Source: Longimicrobiales bacterium
GTDB lineage: Bacteria; Gemmatimonadota; Gemmatimonadetes; Longimicrobiales; Gaopeijiaceae
Length of the DNA: 64,000 nt
Assembly (NCBI GenBank): GCA_965226375.1
Contig: CBDDCX010000005.1
Coordinates: 64,001-128,000 of the forward strand
Direction of reading: 5' to 3'
The position numbers were made by a program, and so were the translations under genes. The notes under the pieces were generated by a model. That model was given only the letters and a program-made list of their open reading frames with translations, made no database searches and had not been told where the DNA came from. Shown one piece after another: positions 41,728 to 51,091 of the stretch (the stretch's first letter is position 1; each line of letters begins with the position of its first letter).

Positions 41728-42311
41728 GTGAGACGCGCCGCCTTCAAGAGTCCTCGAAGTTCGTCGATCCGGAGCGGACCTTCAAGGCTCTGAGAGCCGA
41801 TGTGGAGGGCCGGTGTGCGGCCTACACCCTGCGCCTGCGCCTGCCGTCTCAGCTCCACGACTTCATCGAGGTGACGGTCCACGTCGAGCACAGCCTTGGT
41901 TTCGGTCAGATCCAGACCGAGGCCGACCGCCAGATCCACCAGGACGTCGACCCGCCCGATGTCGGCTCCATCCTGGAACCGTGCCTTGAAGATAGCGTCG
42001 TGCATCCGACCCTCCAGGCCCTTCTCGGCGGCGTGAAGTCGCAGTTCATGAGCCTTTCGGGTCCAGGGCATGAAATCGTGGGAGGGCAGCTCGAGGTCGA
42101 TCTCCGCCGCGAGGTCGACAGCCGACTGCCGAAGGCTCCTCCACTCCGGGCTCGCCGCATCGACCAGGTTCTCGGGGGGCGGCCGAAGCTCGAACGGATG
42201 GCGGACGATGCTCACTTCAGGGGTCAGCAGGCGACCCAGCTGCAAGTCCATCACGTAAGATCCGGGATCTACGTAGTCGAAGTAGAATACGACGTTCGCG
42301 TGCTCGTTCAC
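41724..42311 (-). CDS. DsbA/FrnE-like thioredoxin-fold protein without cysteines
   Basis: YFDYVDPGSY at the CxxC position, PFELRP, FQDGADIG..DVL, GVGRTP cis-Pro loop. Confidence 0.78.
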   Translation of the reverse strand: MNEHANVVFYFDYVDPGSYVMDLQLGRLLTPEVSIVRHPFELRPPPENLVDAASPEWRSLRQSAVDLAAEIDLELPSHDFMPWTRKAHELRLHAAEKGLEGRMHDAIFKARFQDGADIGRVDVLVDLAVGLGLDLTETKAVLDVDRHLDEVVELRRQAQAQGVGRTPALHIGSQSLEGPLRIDELRGLLKAARLT

Positions 42312-42440
42312 CTGTGAAAGCTGCCGCCCTGGGGGTGTGGGATCAACCTCATCGGGGGCTTCTGAACAAAGTCTGGGTCTCGGCCCCCAAGTCCTGACGG
42401 CCTTACTTGATCGAGGGATGACCTCCCTCGATATTCCCGG

Positions 42441-43649
42441 ATGAAATACAGCGACAACATCTCCCGGCTTCAGCCCTCGGCCACCATCGCCGTGAGCTCA
42501 TTGGCCAAGCGCCTCCAGGCCGAAGGTCGTGACATCATCGACCTGAGCGCCGGTGAGCCCGACTTCGACACGCCCGCATGGATTTCCGGGGCGGCCATTG
42601 AAGGCATCCATGCAGGCAAGACGCGGTACACCCCCACACCCGGGATGCCCGAGCTCAGGCGCGCCATTGCCGGATACCTCGAATCGGTGGCCGGCCGCCC
42701 CATCGATTGGGAGGGTGTCGTTGTCGGAAATGGTGCCAAGCAGTCCCTGTTCAACGCCATCTTCGCGCTGTTCGGGCCGGGCGACGAGGTCCTGGTGGCG
42801 ACTCCATTCTGGACGAGCTACCCGCAGATCGTCTCCCTCGCCCGGGCGGAGCCGGTCCCGGTCTCGGGAAGTGCGGATCGCAATTTCCTGCTTACGCCCG
42901 ACGATCTCGATTCGGCGTACACCGAAAAGACCAAGGGACTCATTTTGTGCTCCCCCTGTAATCCCACGGGAGCCGTTTATTCGCAGGACGAATTACGGAC
43001 GATCACCGAGTGGGCCAGGGATCGTGACGTGTGCCTTGTGGCGGACGAGATCTACCGGGAGATCTATTTCGGTGACGATCGGGCTTCGGCCCCGAGCATC
43101 CTCGAGCTCGCGGAGGCTTCGTTGGGCCGGCACGTATTAATCGATGGCGCCTCGAAGGCCTTTGCCATGACGGGTTGGCGCATCGGCTTCTCATACTCCG
43201 ATGTGGAGACAGCAAAGAAGCTGAATTCTCTTCAGAGCCATACCACCTCGAATGCGGCGGCGCCGTCCCAGATGGCCGCCCTGAGCGCTTTTGGCGATCC
43301 GGCACGTGCCCGGGGAGCGGCTCAGGAGATGGTCGTGGCGTTTCGTCGCCGGAGAGATCTGGTCGTCAAGCTCCTGAGGGAGCTGCTCCCGGAGCTCGCA
43401 TTCGTGGAGCCCACGGGGGCGTTCTACTTCTTCATTCGGGTGGACTCGCTCTTCCGGGACGGGATCTCGGGCTCCGCGGATCTGTGCACCTGGCTCATCG
43501 AGGAGACGGGGGTCGCCATGGTGCCCGGAGTGGCTTTCGGTGACGACCGATACGTCCGTATCAGCTTTGCCACATCGGATGAGTTGCTTCAGAAGGCCAT
43601 CGAGCGGGTCGCCGGCGCGATACGGGAGTCGGCGTCCGCGGCTGGCTGA
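42441..43649 (+). CDS. aspC: PLP-dependent class I aspartate aminotransferase
   Basis: LSAGEPDFDTP, GAKQSL, SPCNPTG, ADEIY, SKAFAMTGWRIG, VRISFA. Confidence 0.9.
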   Translation: MKYSDNISRLQPSATIAVSSLAKRLQAEGRDIIDLSAGEPDFDTPAWISGAAIEGIHAGKTRYTPTPGMPELRRAIAGYLESVAGRPIDWEGVVVGNGAKQSLFNAIFALFGPGDEVLVATPFWTSYPQIVSLARAEPVPVSGSADRNFLLTPDDLDSAYTEKTKGLILCSPCNPTGAVYSQDELRTITEWARDRDVCLVADEIYREIYFGDDRASAPSILELAEASLGRHVLIDGASKAFAMTGWRIGFSYSDVETAKKLNSLQSHTTSNAAAPSQMAALSAFGDPARARGAAQEMVVAFRRRRDLVVKLLRELLPELAFVEPTGAFYFFIRVDSLFRDGISGSADLCTWLIEETGVAMVPGVAFGDDRYVRISFATSDELLQKAIERVAGAIRESASAAG

Positions 43650-43722
43650 TGTCGGGAGTCGGGCCGTTACGTGACATGGGTTTCGAAGTCCGGATGCAGC
43701 CGTCATTGGCACGGGAGGATTA

Positions 43723-44460
43723 ATGGGAGGCGCCACAACCCAGCGACGTACCGTCTCTCGGATTCTGGAAGGCCTTGGCATCGTACTATCGATCCTGCTG
43801 GCCTTCGCAATCGACGCTTGGTGGACCGACGTGCAGGTGAGAAGAGAAGTCCAGCAGCACCTGCTTGCATTGGTCGGCGAGGTCGAGGCGGCAAGGCAAG
43901 GCTTCGAGGCGCGAATCGAACAGTACCGCACTGCAGACGCGACTATTGGTCACTTGATCGGTGCTGCGCAGGCGTACCCATCCAATTCGACAGAGTTTGA
44001 GCCGCTGTTCTTTGAGCTAGGTCCTTTCGCTGCCTACCAGCCGCCTCAGGCCGCACTCGACGACCTCGTAAACTCAGGAACAATGGCGCAAATCGAGGAT
44101 GACGATGTGCGCAGGGCAGTGGCCGCATACATCCGCGCGTTGGAGCGCGATTTGGCTGAACAAACGCGCCTCGAAGACAATTGGTTCAATGAAATGCAGC
44201 CCTTTTGGCTGGAGTACGTCAACCTGAGGGGCCTCATTGAGGCTAGCGAGCCTGATCCGGGCAGCGGCTTCGGATTGATCCTCGAACGAGTTCCAAGCCA
44301 CTCACCGGAGTCGCGATACGGGGAACTGTTTGCGCAGCCACGCTTCGAGAATCTGCTCGTGAACAGGTCTATCTATCACTCCCGGATCCAAAGCACTCAC
44401 CTCGATGTCGTGCGAGCGATTGACCAGCTACACAAGGCGACCACCCAACCGGCCAACTAG
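43723..44460 (+). CDS. Hypothetical membrane-anchored protein
   Basis: N-terminal EGLGIVLSILLAFAIDAWW helix then a helical domain; codon usage visibly less GC-biased than its neighbours. Confidence 0.72.
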   Translation: MGGATTQRRTVSRILEGLGIVLSILLAFAIDAWWTDVQVRREVQQHLLALVGEVEAARQGFEARIEQYRTADATIGHLIGAAQAYPSNSTEFEPLFFELGPFAAYQPPQAALDDLVNSGTMAQIEDDDVRRAVAAYIRALERDLAEQTRLEDNWFNEMQPFWLEYVNLRGLIEASEPDPGSGFGLILERVPSHSPESRYGELFAQPRFENLLVNRSIYHSRIQSTHLDVVRAIDQLHKATTQPAN

Positions 44461-44698
44461 GTCATCGCCGACCTTTCACCGAACCCAGCGCTTCGCGGAC
44501 ACTCCGCACCGCATACGTACGTTTGAAACGGGATCAGAGTCGTTCACGGACCCCTGACTCGCTCCCGTTCGTCCCTTGGCATCGACCCGTGCACCAGCGC
44601 TGGTGGCTTGCCGACGGAAAGGACCCCACCTTATTTGTAGCGAGCCAACCGCTTCTTACGAAGCCAGGAAGCGTCACAACTCGGAAAGGCTCGCCAAG

Positions 44699-45340
44699 AT
44701 GCCAGACCAGTGGGAGTTCAAGAGCCGCACCTACGACAACTGCAATTGCGACATGAACTGCGGTTGTCAATTCAACTTGCCCAGTACACATGGCTTTTGT
44801 CAGACAGCCTACATGGGCACCGTGGAAGAAGGCCACTTCGATGAGACGCCGCTCGCCGGCCTGAGGTGGGCGGGTCTTTGGAAATGGCCTGGAGAGATCG
44901 CGGAGGGTAACGGCACCCGCCAGATCATCATTGATGAGCGGGCAGACGAAGCTCAACGGGTAGCGCTCAAGACGATCATCTCGGGTGAGGCGTGCGTTCC
45001 CCTGAGCAATGTCTTCTCCGTCTACGGCTCCATGTGCGAGCACTTTCTCGACACCTTGTTCCTGCCCATCGAGCTCGAGGCGGATTTCGACCAACGGACA
45101 GCGACGGCTCACATTCCCGGCATCCTGACCAGCCGCGGCAGGCCTCTGATCAACGACTTCAATGGTGAACCCTTCCACGTTGCATTGGCTCGCCCCAGTG
45201 GGAGCGTCGAGTTCACGCGCGCGGAACTCGGACTTGCGACGACCACGGTGACCGGTGGAATGGACATGGCATTCGAAGATTCCTATGGCATGTGGTGCGT
45301 TCTCCACTTCACTCAGGACGGATTGATCCGCACTGAGTGA
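44699..45340 (+). CDS. DUF1326 Cys-rich protein
   Basis: NCNCDMNCGCQF, WPGEIAEGNG, IDERADEAQRVAL. Confidence 0.85.
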   Translation: MPDQWEFKSRTYDNCNCDMNCGCQFNLPSTHGFCQTAYMGTVEEGHFDETPLAGLRWAGLWKWPGEIAEGNGTRQIIIDERADEAQRVALKTIISGEACVPLSNVFSVYGSMCEHFLDTLFLPIELEADFDQRTATAHIPGILTSRGRPLINDFNGEPFHVALARPSGSVEFTRAELGLATTTVTGGMDMAFEDSYGMWCVLHFTQDGLIRTE

Positions 45341-45444
45341 TGTCAGGCCGGTATGCCCTGAGGGGGGATCTCCGGCAGGTCCGGTATCGACGCATGCCGA
45401 CATGCCATACTCGTAGGTCCTGGTCCTGTTGAGCCTGAAGACGG

Positions 45445-46271
45445 ATGACGGTCTCCATCGACGCCACACTCGAGGCCGTAGTTAGACGCGATCGCCGGGT
45501 CGTAATTGCCGCGCTTACTACGGTGATCGCCCTGTCGTGGGGGTATCTGCTGGTCGGCGCAGGTATGAGCACGACGGCGTTTGAGATGACCCGCATGTCG
45601 CAGCTCGGGATACCGGAGCCCATGGCCGGCACGCCGATGATGACACCCGCCAGCTGGACGCTCGGCTATGCGGTCCTGATGTTCTTCATGTGGTGGATCA
45701 TGATGCTCGCGATGATGCTTCCCAGCGCGGCGCCGGTGGTCCTTTTGTTCGCGATGGTCAACCGCAAGCAGCGCGAAACCGGCCATCCTTATGTCGCGAC
45801 AAGCGTCTTCGCCTTCGGTTATCTCGCCGTTTGGGCTGGCTTCAGCCTAGTCGCAGTGATCCTGCAGTGGGGATTCGAGCGTGCGGATCTCCTCTCACCG
45901 ACCCTCGTCGGGGCCAACGTGATCTTCGGGGGTGTCCTGCTGCTTTCCGCAGGTGTGTACCAGCTCACCCCGATAAAGCATGCCTGTCTTGGCCACTGCC
46001 GATCGCCACATGCGTTCCTCGGCACCCACTGGCGGCGGGGCGCCCGGGGCGCATTGCGGATGGGCCTGGAGCACGGTGCTTACTGCGTCGGCTGCTGCTG
46101 GTTCCTGATGGGGCTCCTGTTTTTCGGCGGTGTGATGAACCTCTATTGGATAGCCGGCCTCGCCCTGTTCGTCTTCTCGAAAAAACCGTCCCCGCCGGCC
46201 ACTGGCTGGGCTATGCCACCGGCGTCGCTTTGTCCGTCTGGGGAGTCGTGATGCTATCGCTCGCGTTCTGA
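45445..46271 (+). CDS. DUF2182 predicted metal-binding membrane protein, frameshift near 46178
   Basis: MWWIMMLAMMLPS, YQLTPIKHACLGHCRSP, GAYCVGCCWFLM, GVMNL. The C-terminus LEKTVPAGHWL... is in another frame. Confidence 0.87.
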
Positions 46272-46391
46272 GCGCGCTTCCACACTACGAGGAGTGGTCC
46301 GTCACCACGCTCCACATCGTATACGTACGACTGGAACTCGATCATACGTATAGTCGTGCGGTGCTCCGGTCGTGAGTCGGTGAGCCCGTTG

Positions 46392-47300
46392 TCAGATGTG
46401 GCTCAAGACCTGCCGTAGAGTCCGAAAGGCCGAGTCCACATACGATCCGCCGAACAGGTTCACGTGCACCAGCAGCGGGTACAGCTGGTACAGGGGCCTT
46501 CGAATCTCCCGATAACCGTCATCGATGGGCCGGACCGCCGAATACGCGGCATAGAACGAGCTGGGGAAGCCACCGAACAGCTCCGTCATCGCCAAATCGA
46601 CCTCCGCATGACCTCGGTATACCGCCGGATCCACCAGGATCGGCTCGCCCGACGGGCCGGCGAAGACGTTTCCGCTCCAAAGGTCTCCGTGCAGGATTGC
46701 AGGCTGCACGCTCTCGGCGGGGATCAACCCCGTCAACCTCGTCTCTAGCAGCTCCCACTCATGCCAACTCCCGGGAAGTCGATTCGTTTCCCGCGCCATC
46801 GTCAGTTGAGGCAGGAGTCGCCGAGTCCACCAAAAGTCATCCCAATCTTCGGTTACGTCGTTGTGTTGCGGCAGTGAGCCGATGTAGTTGGAACGTTCCC
46901 AGCCGTACGGTCCTGATCGGACTCGGTGGAGGTCGGCAAGACCTCGGCCCAGTGCTTCCCAGTAGTCGTGAGTGGGACTGCCGTGGGGTATGAACTCCAG
47001 TAGCAGCCATGAGGGTGACTCGTCAGGAGTCGAGTATCCAACCACTTCGGGGACGTTCAGGCTTCCGGAGTGGGCGAGGGCCTCCAGGCCATCGGCCTCG
47101 GCGAGGAACGCGTCCTTTACCGGATCCGGGCTCCACTTTAGGAAAAAGCTCTGTCCTCGGTCGGTCGAGATCCGGAGACTGTCGTGGATGCATCCGCCCG
47201 ATATGGGGCTCGTCTCTACAATCTTTGTGGCTCCTCCGCCGAGCTCTGTGAGGTGGCCTTGAACCGAGGCCTCGAGGTCGGGAGGAATCCCAAGGCTCAA
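46392..47300 (-). CDS. Fructosamine/ketosamine-3-kinase family protein
   Basis: SGGCIH, AEADGL, NYIGSLPQ, LHGDLWSGN, DPAVYRGHAEVDLAM, YQLYPLLVH. Confidence 0.93.
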   Translation of the reverse strand: MSLGIPPDLEASVQGHLTELGGGATKIVETSPISGGCIHDSLRISTDRGQSFFLKWSPDPVKDAFLAEADGLEALAHSGSLNVPEVVGYSTPDESPSWLLLEFIPHGSPTHDYWEALGRGLADLHRVRSGPYGWERSNYIGSLPQHNDVTEDWDDFWWTRRLLPQLTMARETNRLPGSWHEWELLETRLTGLIPAESVQPAILHGDLWSGNVFAGPSGEPILVDPAVYRGHAEVDLAMTELFGGFPSSFYAAYSAVRPIDDGYREIRRPLYQLYPLLVHVNLFGGSYVDSAFRTLRQVLSHI

Positions 47301-47791
47301 GAGGCAAGCTCGTCACGCAGATGATCCACCAGGGCCTCACAGGTCCGATCGACCATCTCGAAGACCCGTTGAAAGCCGTCGGCACCCCCGTAATAGGGGT
47401 CGGGGACGTCGGGATCACCGTCCGGATCGGAGTCGAACTCCAGAAAGAGCTTGATGGCGGCGTCGGAGCCGCTTCCCGACTCGAGATCTTTGAGGTCCTC
47501 GAGGTTGCTGCGATCCATGGCCAGAACGAGGTCGAACTCGAAGAAGTCCTCCAGACGCACGCGACGTGCCTTACCGGGCAGTTCGATCCCGTTCTGTGCA
47601 GCCACGGCGATCGACCGCGAATCCGGGGCCTGCCCGACGTGCCAGGCCCCCGTACCGGCCGAGTCGACGTAGACGAGGTCGGACAGTCCAGCGGCCACGA
47701 GCCGATGCGCCAGAACCCCTTCGGCCAGCGGTGACCGGCAGATGTTACCCAGACAGACGAATAGAACAGATATCTCGTGATTGCTCGTCAT
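47297..47791 (-). CDS. Low-molecular-weight protein tyrosine phosphatase
   Basis: VCLGNICRSPLAE P-loop, DSAGT, VPDPYYG. Confidence 0.95.
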   Translation of the reverse strand: MTSNHEISVLFVCLGNICRSPLAEGVLAHRLVAAGLSDLVYVDSAGTGAWHVGQAPDSRSIAVAAQNGIELPGKARRVRLEDFFEFDLVLAMDRSNLEDLKDLESGSGSDAAIKLFLEFDSDPDGDPDVPDPYYGGADGFQRVFEMVDRTCEALVDHLRDELAS

Positions 47792-47923
47792 GGCATCTCA
47801 GTGATCGTACGTCTTTGAATATCAAGCCTTTGCCGTCAACTTATAGGCTGATTCCCAGCCTTGTGCACCCCACATTCGTGTCGAATCGTGGGCCTTGCAG
47901 GCTCCTCCCGAAGAAAAAACCCG

Positions 47924-49204
47924 GTGGAAGAAGAGACTAAGGAGGAAGCTCCCGAGGCCAAGACATTCGAGGATCTCGGGGTGTCGGCGCCGCTACGTGC
48001 CGCCATCGAGGCCCTCGGGTGGGAGCATCCGACTCCGATTCAAGTGAAGGGCATCCCGGCGGGGCTCGCGGGGCACGATTTGGTGGGGATCGCCCAGACG
48101 GGTACGGGAAAGACCGGCGCGTTCATGATCCCCTGCTTGGAGAGGATTGAGGCGGGACAGGGTCTGCAGGTCCTGGTGTTGTGTCCTACCCGAGAGCTGG
48201 CTCAGCAGGTCTGTGACGATACCGACGCTTTGGCCAAGGGCACGAAGATTCGGTCCGCGGCCATCTACGGGGGCGTCAGCTATGGCCCGCAGTTGGAGGC
48301 TCTCGACAACGGCACCGAAGTCATGGTCGCGACACCGGGGCGCTTTCTCGATCATATGGGGCGCGGTAGGGTCAAGCTCGGTGGGGTGCGCACGTTGATC
48401 CTCGATGAGGCGGATCGCATGCTCGACATGGGCTTTCGTCCGCAGATCGAGGGTGTATTACGGGAGATGAAGCGGGAGCGGCAGACCATGCTGTTCTCGG
48501 CTACCATGCCCCACGGCGTTCATGACTTGGCCTCTCGCCTCACCAAGGACGCCGTCTGGGTCGAGGCGGCCCGGTCGGGAACCAAGGCTGAGGGGATTAC
48601 CGAGGTGGTGTACTCGGTGAAGCCGGAGATGAAGCCGGACCTGCTGCTGCGCCTTCTGGAGGATCCCTCTTGGGAACAGGTACTGGTTTTCACAAAAACC
48701 AAAGCGGGCGCCGACGCGCTCAAGACCCGTCTCGATCGCCACGGCATCCGTACCGAGGCCTTGCACTCGAATCTCCGCATGGCTCATCGGACCCGGGCTT
48801 TGGAGCGCTTTGCCGAGAAGAAGGTGCGGGTTCTGGTAGCGACCGACATCGCCCAGAGGGGCCTTGATGTGGAAGGCATCTCTCACGTGGTCAACTACGA
48901 CGTGCCCCAAGATCCCGAGGACTACACGCACCGCATCGGTCGAACCGCCCGTGCGGGCGCCGTCGGTACTGCGGTGACGTTTGTGGCGGCCGCCGACCTC
49001 GGGGCCTTCAAGTCGCTCATGTACCACATCGAACGTGACCTGGACCGGGTGCACCTTCCCGAGTTCGATTACACGGGCACGCCGCAGACGGCCTCTAGCG
49101 CGTCGCCCACTCGGGGGCGCCACTCCCGCTCTCCGACCGGCATGGGATCCCGCACTGCAGACGAGCTCACCGACGAAGAGCTGGCGAAACTCCTCGAGTA
49201 CTAG
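47924..49204 (+). CDS. DEAD-box RNA helicase (RhlE-like)
   Basis: AQTGTGKT, PTRELA, TPGR, DEAD, SAT, HRIGRTAR all present. Confidence 0.93.
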   Translation: MEEETKEEAPEAKTFEDLGVSAPLRAAIEALGWEHPTPIQVKGIPAGLAGHDLVGIAQTGTGKTGAFMIPCLERIEAGQGLQVLVLCPTRELAQQVCDDTDALAKGTKIRSAAIYGGVSYGPQLEALDNGTEVMVATPGRFLDHMGRGRVKLGGVRTLILDEADRMLDMGFRPQIEGVLREMKRERQTMLFSATMPHGVHDLASRLTKDAVWVEAARSGTKAEGITEVVYSVKPEMKPDLLLRLLEDPSWEQVLVFTKTKAGADALKTRLDRHGIRTEALHSNLRMAHRTRALERFAEKKVRVLVATDIAQRGLDVEGISHVVNYDVPQDPEDYTHRIGRTARAGAVGTAVTFVAAADLGAFKSLMYHIERDLDRVHLPEFDYTGTPQTASSASPTRGRHSRSPTGMGSRTADELTDEELAKLLEY

Positions 49205-49240
49205 TGTGGTGTAGCAACGACTCTGATTCCAGGACTGGGA

Positions 49241-49647
49241 ATGATACTGCGCCGATACGGGAACAACGTTGAGAGCGTCGAGGTGAATTGCGACTCCAAG
49301 GCCCTCACTGAAATCGGGTTCCGTCGAGATCACGAGCTCTCCATGGCAGCAGACGGATTTCTCGAGAGTCACGAGAAACTCTCCGAACATTCCCTGACGG
49401 CCGAGGCGGAGGGGGACGTGCAGGACGAGGTCGAGTCCGTGATGCTGGATCATCTGCTCGGGCGACTGTCCAGCCTCCATGAGTCTCTGGGTGAGGAACA
49501 GCTTCTCTTCATAGAGAGCGAGAAGGGCACGGACTACCCCCGAACCAAGACTCGACAGAAGAATGTGGTGGTGGAGGGTGAGACCGACTCTACTTCTACT
49601 CCAGCATCGATCCGCCGTTGAGGGTCGGACTCTACAAGGCGCACTAG
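49241..49647 (+). CDS. Hypothetical protein, frameshift near 49581
   Basis: MILRRYGN... ORF. A plausible C-terminus RLYFYSSIDPPLRVGLYKAH* in another frame ends 6 nt before the next start. Confidence 0.65.
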
Positions 49648-49653
49648 AAGGCC

Positions 49654-50868
49654 ATGCCCCTCACCCTGCGTGACATCGAGGAAGCCGGCACGCGCATACA
49701 GGACTCCGTGAACCGCACGCCCTGTGCAGCCTCGAACGTTTTCGAGGATCTGGTTCCCTGTAACCTGGCGTTCAAGTTCGAGAACCTGCAACGGACGGGA
49801 TCCTTCAAGGCTCGCGGCGCCGGCAACAAGCTACTCCAGCTGACCGACGGCCAGCGTTCTAGAGGGGTCGTAACGGCGAGCGCCGGCAACCACGCGCAGG
49901 CCGTAGCTTATCACGCCGCACGTCTGGGTGTACCCGCGATGGTGGTCATGCCCGTCACGACTCCGCTGATCAAGGTGACCAACACTCGTCGTCACGGCGC
50001 CACGATCGCCCTCTCGGGCAACTCACTCTCCGAGGCCATGGTCGAGGCTCGGCGACTGGAGTCCGATCAGGGTCTGGTCATGGTCCACCCGTATGACGAC
50101 GAGGCCGTGATCGCCGGGCAGGGCACCATCGCGCTGGAGATTCTGGAGCAGTGCCCCGGGGTGACCCACGCGATCGTCCCGATTGGCGGTGGGGGCGTGA
50201 TTTCGGGTGTGGCCCTCGGGCTGAAGAGCAGCAATCCCGAGATCAAGGTGATCGGAGTCGCGGCGGCCGCAGCTCCTTCGGCAAGCCTGTCACGAGAACA
50301 AGGCCACATCGTCGACGCGGAGAGTGGCGAGACGATTGCCGACGGAATTGCGGTCAAGCGGCTGGGAGAGATCACATTTCCCCTCATCGAGGAGCTCGTG
50401 GACGATATCGTCGTCGTAGAGGACGAGGAGATCGCAAGCGCCATTCTCATGCTGTTGGAGCGCGAGAAGATGGTGGTAGAGGGAGCCGGTGCAGTGCCCC
50501 TTGCCGCTCTCATCGCCGGTTACATCGACGTGTCGGCGGGAGATACCGTGGTCCCTGTCTTATGCGGTGGGAACATCGACATCAACATCATCTCGCGCAT
50601 CATCGATCGGGGCCTGGTGGCCGATGGACGGCTCGCCCGCCTGATGGTCAAGGTGAGAGATCGTCCGGGAGCACTTGCGAGCCTGACCAGCCTCGCGGCG
50701 CAGTTGGGGGCCAACGTCTTGGAGATCGCGCACAGAAGGGCCTTCGCCGATATCTCCGTGGGCGACGTCGAGATCGTGATGCACCTCGAGACTCGAGGTA
50801 GGGAGCACGTGGACGAGATCATCGTTGCGCTCGAGGCCCTCGGTCATTCGGTCGAGGAAGACCATTGA
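49654..50868 (+). CDS. ilvA: Threonine ammonia-lyase with ACT domain
   Basis: KFENLQRTGSFKARG, SAGNHAQ, PIGGGG, EGAGA, GGNID, C-terminal DRPGAL ACT domain. Confidence 0.9.
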   Translation: MPLTLRDIEEAGTRIQDSVNRTPCAASNVFEDLVPCNLAFKFENLQRTGSFKARGAGNKLLQLTDGQRSRGVVTASAGNHAQAVAYHAARLGVPAMVVMPVTTPLIKVTNTRRHGATIALSGNSLSEAMVEARRLESDQGLVMVHPYDDEAVIAGQGTIALEILEQCPGVTHAIVPIGGGGVISGVALGLKSSNPEIKVIGVAAAAAPSASLSREQGHIVDAESGETIADGIAVKRLGEITFPLIEELVDDIVVVEDEEIASAILMLLEREKMVVEGAGAVPLAALIAGYIDVSAGDTVVPVLCGGNIDINIISRIIDRGLVADGRLARLMVKVRDRPGALASLTSLAAQLGANVLEIAHRRAFADISVGDVEIVMHLETRGREHVDEIIVALEALGHSVEEDH

Positions 50869-51091
50869 TGGCCTGATCGCGCCTGACCGGTCATCCCCTT
50901 GCGACGGACTCGCTGTAATTCTGAGCTGTAAACGCGGTAGGTGTTCGTGCAGGAACGGCGTGGGGATGCAACCGATTGAATCCTTCGGGCATCCAACACG
51001 TAAGGAAAGCAGACGGGATGGGATGTGGATGTGGGTGAGGATGTGTTGGGACCGACTCGGTGGTACGGTGCGGACACAAGGGTCGGGAGGA

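Noticed and set aside
43650..46390. Integron cassette array
   Set aside because: No convincing attC core sites between the genes.
51018..51038. Micro-ORF MGCGCG after an AAGGA RBS-like motif
   Set aside because: Six codons arise trivially from the GGATGT repeats and no downstream same-strand gene exists to attenuate; cannot be supported without ribosome profiling.
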